Origin: Candidatus Campbellbacteria bacterium
Lineage (GTDB): Bacteria; Patescibacteriota; Minisyncoccia; Phycocordibacterales; EsbW-18
Length of the DNA stretch: 64,000 bases
Assembly (NCBI GenBank): GCA_045863475.1
Contig: BTUR01000004.1
Span: forward strand, 2,628-66,627
Direction of reading: 5' to 3'
Under the pieces are notes generated by a model that saw nothing but the letters and a program-made list of their open reading frames with translations, ran no database searches and had not been told where the DNA came from. Below, one piece after another: positions 28,602-38,813 of this stretch; the stretch's first letter is position 1, and the number at the start of each line of letters is the position of its first letter. Position numbers and translations under genes: made by a program.

Positions 28602-29534
28602 ATGCGCCGTCGGCACCTTCTTTTTGCGGCCCTCTCCGCACTTATACTCTTTATCACACTGCTTCACACGCCGCGTGATTTTGCCTCCCCGACACTTTCA
28701 ACTGTCGCAAAAGGCGCCTCATTTTCTGAGATTGCGCAGCAACTGGAAGTAGAAAATGTTATCACGTCGCCGTTGTTACTACGTGTGCTTGTCACGCTGT
28801 TTGGAGGAACCACGTCAGTGCAAGCTGGCGACTATTTGTTTGAAAAACAACAAGGCACACTGCGTGTCGCATGGCGCCTGACACATGGCGCGTTCGGACT
28901 CGCATCGGTCCGCGTCGTGTTACCGGAGGGGCTCACGGTTGTGCAAATGGGGGAGACGGTGCGGGAGGCGCTGCCGCATTTTGATACGGAAAAATTTGAG
29001 CGGCTTGCATCCGGTCGCGAAGGATACCTTTTCCCCGACACGTATTTCTTTATGGTGAATGCAACGCCTGAGACGGTTGTTGACGTGCTCACGATGCGTT
29101 TTGATGCGGTGTTGGAAGAACTCTCCGGTGAACTCGCATCATCTTCCCGAAGTATTCCTGACGTTGTGACGATGGCGTCAATTCTTGAGGAGGAAGCAAA
29201 AACACCCGAAGACAAACGGATTGTCGCGGGGATCTTGTGGAAGCGCATCGATATCGGCATGGCACTGCAGGTTGATGCGACATTCAAGTACACACTGGGC
29301 AAAGCGTCGCATGAGCTTACTGCCGACGATCTTGCGACCGATACCCCGTACAACACGTACACGCGCACCGGTTTGCCGCCCACGCCGATATCAAATCCCG
29401 GGCTTGAATCACTCCGCGCGGCGCTTGACCCCACTGCAACGGAGTACTTTTACTACCTGACAGGAAACGATGGACGCATGTACTACGCGGAGGATTTTGA
29501 AGGGCATAAGCAAAACAAGGCAAAACATCTCTAG
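28602..29534 (+). CDS. mltG: Endolytic transglycosylase MltG
   Basis: EGYLFPDTY, ASILEEE, LQVDAT, PYNTY...GLPPTPISNPG. Confidence 0.93.
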   Translation: MRRRHLLFAALSALILFITLLHTPRDFASPTLSTVAKGASFSEIAQQLEVENVITSPLLLRVLVTLFGGTTSVQAGDYLFEKQQGTLRVAWRLTHGAFGLASVRVVLPEGLTVVQMGETVREALPHFDTEKFERLASGREGYLFPDTYFFMVNATPETVVDVLTMRFDAVLEELSGELASSSRSIPDVVTMASILEEEAKTPEDKRIVAGILWKRIDIGMALQVDATFKYTLGKASHELTADDLATDTPYNTYTRTGLPPTPISNPGLESLRAALDPTATEYFYYLTGNDGRMYYAEDFEGHKQNKAKHL

Positions 29535-29561
29535 GTTTTGCTGTGCTATAATCGACCTGCT

Positions 29562-30188
29562 ATGGTCATTACCTACAACACGCTTGAGTCGTTTCGGGTG
29601 CAGTTCGGCGATATGACGCTTTCGTTTAACCCCGTTTCTAAAAAGTCAAAACTGTCGGTGTCATCGTTCGGTGCCGATATTGTGCTCTCAACCATCAACC
29701 ACCCCGACTGCAACGGTATGGAAACCGCCGCGCGCGGCGACAAGCAGCCGCTTGCGATCACCGGTCCTGGCGAGTATGAACTCGACGGCGTCGTTATCCG
29801 CGGGTATGCAAGCAAAAGTCTGTACGGAGGGAAAGAGCGTATCAACACGGTGTACGTCGTAACGCTTGAAGACATGAAACTCTGTTTTTGTGGCGCACTA
29901 TCTGATGCAAATCTTTCACCCGAGCTGTTTGAAGCACTCGATGACATTGATATCCTCTTTGTCCCGGTGGGCGGGGACGGCGTCCTAGACGCAAAGGCGG
30001 CGCACAAGCTTTCAGTCTCACTAGAGCCCAATATCGTCATTCCGATGCACTACACTCCCGAGACGCTGAAGGCGTTTTTGAAAGAAGAAGGAGAGGGTTC
30101 CGTGTCGCCGCAAGACAAAGCGACACTGCGCAAAAAAGAAGTGCTTGAAAAGGAGGGAGAGGTCATCGTACTCTCGCCTCAGGCATAA
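29562..30188 (+). CDS. MBL-fold protein (Lactamase_B_3-like, metal motif degenerate)
   Basis: 'ITGPGEYE', 'IDILFVPVGG', 'VIPMHY'; the HxHxDH motif reads TINHPDC. Confidence 0.75.
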   Translation: MVITYNTLESFRVQFGDMTLSFNPVSKKSKLSVSSFGADIVLSTINHPDCNGMETAARGDKQPLAITGPGEYELDGVVIRGYASKSLYGGKERINTVYVVTLEDMKLCFCGALSDANLSPELFEALDDIDILFVPVGGDGVLDAKAAHKLSVSLEPNIVIPMHYTPETLKAFLKEEGEGSVSPQDKATLRKKEVLEKEGEVIVLSPQA

Positions 30189-30194
30189 ACAACA

Positions 30195-30434
30195 ATGTTT
30201 GCACTCATCAACCGGCTGCGACAAAAACCGGAAGCACAACGCAGGGCAATCGCACTGTCGACTGCACTTATAGCAACCGCGTGCATCTTTGTCCTCTGGC
30301 TCGTGTACTTCTTTGTTCGTCTGGACGACGAGGCTGCAACGGCAACAAGACGTGATGTGGAGGAGGTTTCTCCGGTGCAAAGTCTCTCGGAGCTCGTCTC
30401 CTCGTTTTTCAGCGGTTTTAAGGACCGTTTTTGA
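30195..30434 (+). CDS. Small membrane protein
   Basis: 'LRQKPE..RR.IAL' followed by a TM helix. Confidence 0.6.
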   Translation: MFALINRLRQKPEAQRRAIALSTALIATACIFVLWLVYFFVRLDDEAATATRRDVEEVSPVQSLSELVSSFFSGFKDRF

Positions 30435-30496
30435 CCCCTAAAAGTGGAAAAACGCCTTGATTTACAGGCGTTTTTGGTATATACTGTATCTGAACT

Positions 30497-32959
30497 ATGG
30501 CCGTAAAAACACCATCAGAAGAGCCGAAAAAAGACGTCGAGCGCGTGAGTATCGTACCGCGCAGCGTCACCACGGAGATGAAAGAGTCGTACCTCGACTA
30601 TGCGATGTCCGTTATTACGGCGCGCGCGCTTCCTGATGTTCGTGACGGTCTCAAGCCGGTGCACCGCAGAATTTTGTACGCAATGTACAAGATGCACCTG
30701 TTGCCCACGGCAAAGGCGAAGAAGTCAGCGTCAGTGGTCGGTGAGGTGCTCGGTAAGTACCACCCGCATGGCGATGCGTCCGTGTATGACGCGATGGTAA
30801 ACATGGCACAGCCGTTTTCGTACCGCTATCCGCTTGTACTCGGACAAGGTAACTTCGGTTCCATCGACGGTGACCCGCCGGCGGCGATGCGATACACCGA
30901 GGCCCGCATGTCGCGCGTCGCGTTTGAAATGATGCGTGACCTGGAGAAAGAGACGGTCAGCTGGCGTCCGAACTACGACGGTGCACACAAAGAGCCGACG
31001 GTTCTGCCCGCGCTGCTCCCGAATATTTTACTTAACGGAACACTCGGTATTGCCGTGGGTATGGCGACGAATATTCCGCCGCACAACTTACGTGAAGTTG
31101 TTGCTGCAACGGAACACCTTATTGATAACCCGGATGCGACGACGGACGATCTCCTGGAGTTCATCAAAGGTCCCGACTTTCCGACCGGCGGCATAATTTA
31201 TAATGCAAAAGACATCAAGCACGCGTATGCAACCGGCAAGGGTGGCATTGTCACGCGCGGTGACGCGGAGATTGTTGAAGGGAAGAAGGGACAGTTCCAC
31301 ATCATCATCACCTCCATTCCGTACCGCGTGAACAAGTCGGACCTCATCGTCAAAATTGCCGACTTGGTGCACGAGAAGAAAATTGACGGTATCCGCGACA
31401 TCCGCGACGAGTCGACAAAAGACATCCGCGTCGTTATTGATTTGAAAACCGGCGCGTTCCCGGAAAAAGTTCTTAACTATCTCTACAAACACACACAACT
31501 GGAAGACACATTCCATCTCAATGTGGTGTGCCTCGTTGATGGTGTGCCGCAGACACTGTCGCTGAAGTCAATTCTCGAGGAGTTCGTCAAACACCGCCTC
31601 ACTGTCGTGCGGCTCCGCACGGAATACGATTTGCGCGAAGCACAGGCTCGCGAACACATTTTGCTCGGACTTTCCAAAGCACTCGATCACATCGATGAGG
31701 TCATCAAGGTCATCAAGAAATCCAAGGACACGAATGATGCGAAGACCTCTTTGATGCAGAAATTCAAATTCTCAGAGATACAGGCACTTGCCATTCTGGA
31801 CATGAAGCTCCAGAAGCTTGCAGGACTTGAGCGCAAGAAAATCGAAGATGAACTCAATGAAGTACAAAAGCGCATCGCGGAGTTCCAAACACTCCTTAAG
31901 AGCGAGCGAAAGATGCGCGACGTCATCAAAGGTGAGCTTGTTGAGGCGGGACAGAAACACGGTGATGATCGCAGAACACGTGTCTCACGCGGCGGTATTA
32001 CGGCGTTCTCAGCGGAAGACCTCATTCCGAACGAAGAAAACGTCGTCGTCTTTACACAGGGTGGCTACATCAAGCGCACAAATCCGTCGGAGTATCGGGC
32101 GCAGAAGCGCGGCGGTGTCGGCGTGATTGATCTCAATACCAAAGAAGAAGATTTTGTGACAATGGTTGTTGGTGCACACACGCACGATGACCTGCTGTTC
32201 TTCACGGACCGTGGCAAGGTGTACCAAATCAAGATGTACGAGCTTCCGGAGGGCAAGCGCGCAACGAAGGGTAAGTCCATCATGAACTTCCTCCAGTTGT
32301 CAGACGATGAACACGTGACGTCTATTTTGCCTCTGTCCGCCGAGACGAAGAAATCCGCCTCCGGTGTCATGATGGTGACGCGTCAAGGTGTTGTGAAAAA
32401 AGTGAAGGCGGAAAGCTTCATGGATGTGCGCCGCTCCGGCATCATCGCCATCAAACTTGAAAAGGGCGACGAGCTCATTACCACGAACACCGTGTCTTCA
32501 GGCGACGAGATACTACTTGTCACGAAGAAGGGGCAGTCTATTCGGTTCAAAGAAAGTGATGCGCGTCCTATGGGCCGCGCGGCGGGAGGTGTTCGCGCCA
32601 TCCGATTGGGAGGAAAAGATGTCGTCGTCGGCAGTAATGTTGTGACAAAGAAGGACGAGTCAGCGCTTCTTATCCTGCTTTCCAACGGGTACGGCAAGCG
32701 AACGCAGGTTTCTGAGTACAAAGTGCAGAAGCGCGGTGGTGGCGGCGTTAAAACTGCGAACGTAACGACAAAGACCGGGGATGTCATGGCGTCACAGGTG
32801 GTGACGGATGAAAGCGGCGAGCTCGTCGTCATCTCGCAGAAAGGCCAGGTCATCCGTGTTGCACTCAAGGAAATCCCGATGCTCGGCCGCGTCACACAGG
32901 GCGTGCGCATCATGAAAATGCGGGAAGGCGACTCCATCGCTTCGTTTGTTTGCCTCTAA
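30497..32959 (+). CDS. gyrA: DNA gyrase subunit A
   Basis: [26 protein letters not shown], GyrA-box QKRGGVG. Confidence 0.96.
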   Translation: MAVKTPSEEPKKDVERVSIVPRSVTTEMKESYLDYAMSVITARALPDVRDGLKPVHRRILYAMYKMHLLPTAKAKKSASVVGEVLGKYHPHGDASVYDAMVNMAQPFSYRYPLVLGQGNFGSIDGDPPAAMRYTEARMSRVAFEMMRDLEKETVSWRPNYDGAHKEPTVLPALLPNILLNGTLGIAVGMATNIPPHNLREVVAATEHLIDNPDATTDDLLEFIKGPDFPTGGIIYNAKDIKHAYATGKGGIVTRGDAEIVEGKKGQFHIIITSIPYRVNKSDLIVKIADLVHEKKIDGIRDIRDESTKDIRVVIDLKTGAFPEKVLNYLYKHTQLEDTFHLNVVCLVDGVPQTLSLKSILEEFVKHRLTVVRLRTEYDLREAQAREHILLGLSKALDHIDEVIKVIKKSKDTNDAKTSLMQKFKFSEIQALAILDMKLQKLAGLERKKIEDELNEVQKRIAEFQTLLKSERKMRDVIKGELVEAGQKHGDDRRTRVSRGGITAFSAEDLIPNEENVVVFTQGGYIKRTNPSEYRAQKRGGVGVIDLNTKEEDFVTMVVGAHTHDDLLFFTDRGKVYQIKMYELPEGKRATKGKSIMNFLQLSDDEHVTSILPLSAETKKSASGVMMVTRQGVVKKVKAESFMDVRRSGIIAIKLEKGDELITTNTVSSGDEILLVTKKGQSIRFKESDARPMGRAAGGVRAIRLGGKDVVVGSNVVTKKDESALLILLSNGYGKRTQVSEYKVQKRGGGGVKTANVTTKTGDVMASQVVTDESGELVVISQKGQVIRVALKEIPMLGRVTQGVRIMKMREGDSIASFVCL

Positions 32960-33024
32960 TCGCCGGCTTCGTTGTCCGACAGTCCCTTTGGCACCCGAGA
33001 GCGGGTGCTTTATACTTTTCCTAT

Positions 33025-33555
33025 ATGTTTCTCCGTCCTGAAGATGTCATAGAGCGATTCCAGCTCGGGGAGGGAATGACGGTCGCGGACCTCGGTGTCG
33101 GCACCGGTGTGTATACGCTTGCGGCCGCAGAAGCTGTCGGCGAGCACGGTGTCGTGTACGGCTGCGATATCCAAAAAGAATTGCTCAGCAAAGTGTCTGC
33201 TGAGGCACAAAAACGCGGGCTCAAGAACCTGCATGTTATCTGGGCCGACCTGGAGGAAGAACGCGGCTCAACGCTTGCAGACGCGTCTGTTGATGCGGTC
33301 ACGGCGACAAATATCCTGTTTCAGATAGAGCATAAAGAGCGTTTTATGAAGGAGGTAAGCCGAATTCTGCGTCCGGGCGGCAAGGTGCTCATTGTTGACT
33401 GGAGTGATTCAGTCGGAGGCATGGGTCCGCACGCAGGCTCGGTGGTTCGCAGAAGCGTTGCACAATCGCTTGCGGAAGGTGTCGGTCTGCAGTTCCAGAA
33501 AGACGTGGACGCCGGTTCGCACCACTACGGCATGGTATTTAGAAAACCAAAATAG
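33025..33555 (+). CDS. Class I SAM-dependent methyltransferase
   Basis: VADLGVGTG motif; 'RILRPGG.VLIVDW'. Confidence 0.88.
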   Translation: MFLRPEDVIERFQLGEGMTVADLGVGTGVYTLAAAEAVGEHGVVYGCDIQKELLSKVSAEAQKRGLKNLHVIWADLEEERGSTLADASVDAVTATNILFQIEHKERFMKEVSRILRPGGKVLIVDWSDSVGGMGPHAGSVVRRSVAQSLAEGVGLQFQKDVDAGSHHYGMVFRKPK

Positions 33556-33565
33556 AGAGCATGAA

Positions 33566-33682
33566 TCCCGTTAGAGGCTCTCGGTTGAGAGTGATTTTTT
33601 AATAAGAATGCGTCATACTGTGCGTGATAACCTTACTCATGATAACCACGAAAATGTTCGGCATTTTCTTTCTCTAACGGGA
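33566..33682. mobile_element. MITE-like element (117 bp) with 11-bp TIR and TGAA TSD
   Basis: TGAA|TCCCGTTAGAG...CTCTAACGGGA|TGAA, inserted at the start codon of the next gene. Confidence 0.7.
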
Positions 33683-34980
33683 TGAAAACATTTCAAACGA
33701 TACTACTGGCGGTCTTTGGATTCTTCATTGTTGCGGGCGTCATTGCGATTGCCTCGTTTGGGAAGTTCGGCGGCGGGGATGGCGACACCGTTCCGGCGGA
33801 AGGCGTTGTGTGGGGGACGCTTGATCAAAATCTTTTTCTGAACGCGGTTAACTTGTATAACGAAGACCACGACAACACGCTGAAAATTTTATACAAACAA
33901 TTTTCAGAAGACACATTCGACGAAGAACTCACGAGCGCACTTGCGGAGGGACGCGGACCGGACATGGTGATTATCACGAATGAGCGTTTGCTCCAGCACC
34001 AACAGAAACTGTACCCGGTGCCGTACGAATCACTCCCTGAACGGGGCTTTCGTGATACCTACGCACAGGGCGCGGAAATTTTCCTCGGGGCGCAGGGTGT
34101 ATATGCACTGCCGCTGTTTGCCGATCCGATGGTCATGTACTGGAATCGGATACTGTTTAACGCGGAAGGTATCGCACGTCCGCCGAAGCTTTGGGAAGAG
34201 GTGACGGCACTTGTTCCGCAGCTTACGAAGTCAGACTCGGCGTTTAACATCACACAGAGTGCAATTGCACTCGGTGAGCATCGCAATGTGACTCACGCAA
34301 AAGAAATTCTTGCGACGATGATTATGCAGGCAGGCAATCCGATTGTCGTGCGCGATGGGGACAAGTATCAAAGCATTCTCTCGGATCGGCTTGATCTTCC
34401 GGAGACGCCGGCGGACGCCGCGACGCGTTTCTTCACGGAGTTTGCGAACCCGGTGAAACCGTCGTACTCATGGAACCGCGCGCTGCCGGACGCAAAGGAA
34501 TCATTCATTCGCGGCGATGTTGCGATGTACCTCGGGTTTGCCAGCGAGTTGTTTGATATCCAGGATCAAAATCCGAACCTCAATTTTGACGTAACCCGCA
34601 TGCCGCAGGTTCGTGATGCGGTTGATAAGACCACCTTCGGCAAAATCTACGGCGTCGCCATTCTCAACCAGTCCCGTATAAAGCCCAACGCGTTTTCTGC
34701 TGCGGTACTGCTCTCAGGGGCTGATATGGCACCTCTGTGGGTGAATGCATTCTCGCTCCCGCCGGTTCGCCGCTCCATGCTCGCTCAGCTGCCGACGGAC
34801 CCGTATATGGCGGTGTTCTACCAGGATTCGCTTATTGCGCGTGGTTTCTATGATGCCGACCCGGGTCAAACGGATGAGGTATTCCGCCAGCTTATAGAGG
34901 ATGTGACGTCAGGGCGTCTTTCTACCTCACTGGCAATATTGCAGGCGGACGGCCGTATGGACGCCTTACTGGCGAGGTAG
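33682..34980 (+). CDS. Extracellular solute-binding protein (sugar-type)
   Basis: TM anchor; 'ALAEGRGPD', 'YALPL..D..VMYWN..LF'. Confidence 0.8.
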   Translation: MKTFQTILLAVFGFFIVAGVIAIASFGKFGGGDGDTVPAEGVVWGTLDQNLFLNAVNLYNEDHDNTLKILYKQFSEDTFDEELTSALAEGRGPDMVIITNERLLQHQQKLYPVPYESLPERGFRDTYAQGAEIFLGAQGVYALPLFADPMVMYWNRILFNAEGIARPPKLWEEVTALVPQLTKSDSAFNITQSAIALGEHRNVTHAKEILATMIMQAGNPIVVRDGDKYQSILSDRLDLPETPADAATRFFTEFANPVKPSYSWNRALPDAKESFIRGDVAMYLGFASELFDIQDQNPNLNFDVTRMPQVRDAVDKTTFGKIYGVAILNQSRIKPNAFSAAVLLSGADMAPLWVNAFSLPPVRRSMLAQLPTDPYMAVFYQDSLIARGFYDADPGQTDEVFRQLIEDVTSGRLSTSLAILQADGRMDALLAR

Positions 34981-35021
34981 GTGGGGATAACTTTTCCTCT
35001 CTGCGGGCGTACAATAGGCGC

Positions 35022-35408
35022 ATGGATTGGAATCTGGTCAAGCGTGTAAGCGCGTATACATTGGTTTTTTTGATTATGGCATCACCGCTCTTAGTGCTTG
35101 CTCAAGGCGGCGGGCTGGTGCCATGCGGTGAAAAGGGGGACCCGTGTACATTCAATGACATCATCGCCCTCGTTAACACGATCATTAACTTTCTCATCAA
35201 GTTTGTTGCGATTCCCATCTCAACAATACTCTTTGCCTGGGCTGGTTTTTTGTATCTGACAGCTGCAGGGAACCCGACTCAGATAGGAAAAGCGACGACT
35301 ATCTTCACAGATGTGTTTATCGGCCTTGCCTTAGCACTTTCTGCATGGTTGGTGGTAAACCTAGTTACGAACGTTCTTACCGGCAAAAATCTCAATGAAT
35401 TCTTTTAA
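35022..35408 (+). CDS. VirB2/TrbC-like pilin
   Basis: 'GLVPCG...C.FND' followed by two hydrophobic helices around 'TAAGNP'. Confidence 0.7.
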   Translation: MDWNLVKRVSAYTLVFLIMASPLLVLAQGGGLVPCGEKGDPCTFNDIIALVNTIINFLIKFVAIPISTILFAWAGFLYLTAAGNPTQIGKATTIFTDVFIGLALALSAWLVVNLVTNVLTGKNLNEFF

Positions 35409-35418
35409 TTTAACTTTC

Positions 35419-35805
35419 ATGAAAAAAAACTGCTTTAAAAACCTGCTTGCGTATCTGTTTACGTTTTTTCTACCAATCGTCTCACTTGCACAAAATCCCA
35501 GTACTATCAAAAATCCTCTTGAGGGAAAAGGGATCGATGATATCCCGGCGCTCATTACTGTTATCGTCGGTGCGGTGATGACCATCGGTTACTATATCGT
35601 CGTTGTTTTTATTATCTATGCCGGGTTTTTGTTTGTAACTGCGAGAGGAGACGAAAAAAAGTTGGGAGACGCAAAGAAAACGTTTCTCTACACAGTCATC
35701 GGCGCAACGATTCTTTTGGGCGCATCCATCCTTTCCACTGTTATTAAAAACACGGTAACCCAAGTCGGCGGACAACAGTCGTCCATCGTCGAATATCACG
35801 TATGA
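35419..35805 (+). CDS. VirB2/TrbC-like pilin
   Basis: 'IKNPL', 'IYAGFLFVTARGDEKKL..AKK'. Confidence 0.75.
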   Translation: MKKNCFKNLLAYLFTFFLPIVSLAQNPSTIKNPLEGKGIDDIPALITVIVGAVMTIGYYIVVVFIIYAGFLFVTARGDEKKLGDAKKTFLYTVIGATILLGASILSTVIKNTVTQVGGQQSSIVEYHV

Positions 35806-36110
35806 AAAAATATCTAGGTATCCTATCCGCAATGCTCGCCACGCCACTTGTTATGTTTGCGGCAGCCCCGAAGAATCTCGGTGAGCTCATCGGCATCGCA
35901 ACAAGTCTCATCAATCCCATTCTAAGTTTACTGACGGGACTCGCCGTACTTTACTTCGTTTGGGGCATTGTGAAGTACATCAAGAGCGCGGGAGATGCAA
36001 AAGCCGCTGCTGAAGGGAAGAGCATCATGCTGTACGGAATTCTGGGGCTCTTCGTCTTATTTTCGTTCTGGGGTATCGTGCAATTCATTTACACCGATAT
36101 TTTCGGATAA
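35802..36110 (+). CDS. VirB2/TrbC-like pilin
   Basis: 'FVWGIVKYI.SAGD......GKSIMLYGI'. Confidence 0.75.
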   Translation: MKKYLGILSAMLATPLVMFAAAPKNLGELIGIATSLINPILSLLTGLAVLYFVWGIVKYIKSAGDAKAAAEGKSIMLYGILGLFVLFSFWGIVQFIYTDIFG

Positions 36111-36132
36111 TTAACAATAACTAGTAATACTA

Positions 36133-36510
36133 ATGATTATGAAAAAAGGTCCATGGTTGATTTCAACGGGAACACTTACCCTTTTTACACTTCCGTTTAT
36201 TGCGGCTGCACAGGTGTTGCCTAAAACGAATGTGCTGCTTGGGAGCTTCGGCACGCTTGTTAACATGGCGCTTGGTATAACAGCGACCATCGCGCTTCTC
36301 GTGTTCTTCTGGGGTATCGTGAAGTACATTTCAGCGGCAGGGGACGCGGACAAGGCAAAAGACGGTAAGAGCATTATGCTCTACGGCGCCATTGCACTGT
36401 TTGTGCTGTTCTCAATCTTTGGCATCATCAGGTGGCTGCGCGGTGAATTCGGTGTCCTGGATAACCGCGATATGGGAAGTCCGCAGGTCAATCCGTACGT
36501 GCAACCCTAG
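36133..36510 (+). CDS. VirB2/TrbC-like pilin
   Basis: 'FFWGIVKYISAAGD....DGKSIMLYG'; paralog of the preceding gene. Confidence 0.75.
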   Translation: MIMKKGPWLISTGTLTLFTLPFIAAAQVLPKTNVLLGSFGTLVNMALGITATIALLVFFWGIVKYISAAGDADKAKDGKSIMLYGAIALFVLFSIFGIIRWLRGEFGVLDNRDMGSPQVNPYVQP

Positions 36511-36624
36511 TCTTTGGGTTTCCACTCGGATTCTGTTGTGGAAGGGCGAATATTGGTATTATGGATATATGTCCGTACAGGACAGCACTTATTTAGAAAT
36601 TAAACGTTAACACAAGCTAATCGT

Positions 36625-36972
36625 ATGAAAAATTCTTGGAAAGCGCTCGTGGTGCTCGCGGCAGTAACGCCGGCATTCGCGTTCGCACAGCTCGGCAACA
36701 TCGAGAACATCGTTGAAGCCATTGGTAATCTCGTGCGCCTCGCAACACCTATTGTTGTGGGTCTCGCACTCCTCGCGTTCTTCTGGGGGCTGGTCAAGTT
36801 TATCTTCTCTGCAGGTGATGAGGATGCGCGTAAAGACGCAAAGCACCTCATGATCTGGAGCGTTGTTGCGCTGTTCGTCATGATTTCAATTGTCGGTATC
36901 ATCGGCTTCATCGGCAACGCACTTGATATTGACCAGGGAGGTACACTTCCGGTTCCTGAGGTTGAGGACTAA
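36625..36972 (+). CDS. VirB2/TrbC-like pilin
   Basis: Signal peptide ending AFA|Q; 'FFWGLVKFIFSAGDE'. Confidence 0.75.
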   Translation: MKNSWKALVVLAAVTPAFAFAQLGNIENIVEAIGNLVRLATPIVVGLALLAFFWGLVKFIFSAGDEDARKDAKHLMIWSVVALFVMISIVGIIGFIGNALDIDQGGTLPVPEVED

Positions 36973-36977
36973 GACAC

Positions 36978-37283
36978 ATGACGCTTGATGCATTCCTTCA
37001 AAACGTCGTTAGTACGATACTTGAGCCGGGGTTATTTCTTCTGTTTGGTATCGCATTCGTGATATTTGTGTGGGGAATCGTCACATTCATCCGTGACGCG
37101 GATGACGCGGGCGGACGTGAGACGGGGAAGAAGAATATCATCTGGGGCATCGTCGGTATGGTGATTATGGTGTCGGTGTACGGCATCATCCGGATTGCCT
37201 ACGGAACAATCGGAGGAAATCCGAACGACATACCTAACGAAGGTCCCTTCCTTCCTGAAAACACGGTGGAAAATCCGCTCTAG
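36978..37283 (+). CDS. VirB2/TrbC-like pilin
   Basis: 'FVWGIVTFI..ADD...RETGKKNIIWGIVG..IMVSVYGI'. Confidence 0.75.
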   Translation: MTLDAFLQNVVSTILEPGLFLLFGIAFVIFVWGIVTFIRDADDAGGRETGKKNIIWGIVGMVIMVSVYGIIRIAYGTIGGNPNDIPNEGPFLPENTVENPL

Positions 37284-37292
37284 GAAAAACAA

Positions 37293-37383
37293 GACAAAAG
37301 AAAAAAACCGGGCCTCGCGCGCAATGCGCGGGGCCCGGTTCGGTTGTGGCTGCGTTTCAGGCAGCCTAGGTTACGGACTTGGA
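37293..37383. repeat. 91-bp direct repeat, copy 1 (stop codon plus terminator)
   Basis: Near-identical (1 mismatch) to 38723-38813. Confidence 0.9.
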
Positions 37384-38627
37384 ATCAACGTTGAGAGGTT
37401 CGGACACGAAAACGACATCGGCCGCTTAGTGCTGGGGCTCGAGGAACTCCACGAGAACCCGTTGAGCGTCTGTGTGGTGAAGTCCGGGTTGGTGAACTCG
37501 AATGCACCACGGTCCTTCGGGTACGTTTGTTCCCAGGTTCCCATCTCTGCCGTGACGAGCATGAATTGCGTGTTGCTCCGCCGGCGTTCAGAAACCACCT
37601 CGAACCTTCCCGGACCGACGATTCTGGCTGAGTAGGTTGTTCCTTCGATGAAGAAGGAGCACGGGTACTTCTCAGTAAACCTTGATGCCGGTCTCGCTAC
37701 CGAATCTGAGTCGGTCTGTGCGACACCTGTGATGTAGAAGGGAATCCACGCGTTGTCGCGACCGGTGTCGCGGAATTGTCCGAGGATTCTCATGCCGGAT
37801 CCTGGGGCGACCGGTTGTTCGAACCAATCACCACCAGTCCCGCCGAGATCGCCGTTGTTCTTCCAGTGTCCTTTGCCGCTGACGCGATCAAGGAAAAAGG
37901 AAGATGACTCCATTTCGCCGCCGTTCCGATGAAACACCGTGAACGACAGGACACTTTGCGTGTCCGTGTCGATACGGACGTCCAGGCAGGTCGCCCGAAG
38001 ACCGGGTTTATAGCCCTTTACTCCGGGAGGCTTGCTCCAGCACCACTGCATCTTGGTGGGAATGGTGCCTGCTGTCGCAGATGCCGCCGGCCCCGACCTC
38101 TGCTCCACCGCCCTCTTCTTGGCTTCCAACAATCCCCACTGGTCGATACCCGAAAGGGCACCAACGCAGATTAGGATTAGTCCAACAACGGAGAGTGGTT
38201 TGATTGCTCGGAAGGTTCCGAAAATCAAGGTCATGAAGGTGCTCACCACCACGGTAGCAAAACCGATTCGCATGATGGTTGTCCACGTTGGTCCGGCTGT
38301 TGGTATGAGACTTGTGAGTCTAAACAGGATACCAGCCAGGACAGTGATGCCGATGAGACCAATCCACTTGAGTCTGGCATCTTGGATGCCGGACACCTTG
38401 AGAATGGCCGCACCAACCAGAACCAACCCGAACAGAACTCCTACAATTGTGATGGTCCAGAAGAGATCCCAACTCCAGTCGCCGCCAGCAGCTACGAAAA
38501 GCAAACCAAGGCTAAGCGCAAGGAGTGTGGTAGTGATCACCATGGTGACAACAACCATCATTGCCACGCGAGGCGAGTACCGTGCAGCCTTTTCCAAGAG
38601 GTTGGACAGACGGTCAAAAATGTTCAT
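37371..38627 (-). CDS. Hypothetical membrane protein with extracytoplasmic C-terminal domains
   Basis: 418 aa with ~5 TM helices; AGGAGG SD and a TTGACT-N17-TACATT promoter. Confidence 0.7.
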   Translation of the reverse strand: MNIFDRLSNLLEKAARYSPRVAMMVVVTMVITTTLLALSLGLLFVAAGGDWSWDLFWTITIVGVLFGLVLVGAAILKVSGIQDARLKWIGLIGITVLAGILFRLTSLIPTAGPTWTTIMRIGFATVVVSTFMTLIFGTFRAIKPLSVVGLILICVGALSGIDQWGLLEAKKRAVEQRSGPAASATAGTIPTKMQWCWSKPPGVKGYKPGLRATCLDVRIDTDTQSVLSFTVFHRNGGEMESSSFFLDRVSGKGHWKNNGDLGGTGGDWFEQPVAPGSGMRILGQFRDTGRDNAWIPFYITGVAQTDSDSVARPASRFTEKYPCSFFIEGTTYSARIVGPGRFEVVSERRRSNTQFMLVTAEMGTWEQTYPKDRGAFEFTNPDFTTQTLNGFSWSSSSPSTKRPMSFSCPNLSTLIPSP

Positions 38628-38722
38628 TTAGCGCATCCTCCTATTTTCCAGTTTTGTTTTTTATGAACATCCTCTGCCAATGTAGCACGAAAAAGCTATA
38701 AAGTCAAATTATTGGAACTGCG

Positions 38723-38813
38723 GACAAAAGAAAAAAACCGGGCCTCGCGCGCAATGCGCGGGGCCCGGTTCGGTTGTGGCTGCGTTTCAGGCAGCCTAGG
38801 TTACGAACTTGGA
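38723..38813. repeat. 91-bp direct repeat, copy 2
   Basis: Matches 37293-37383. Confidence 0.9.
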
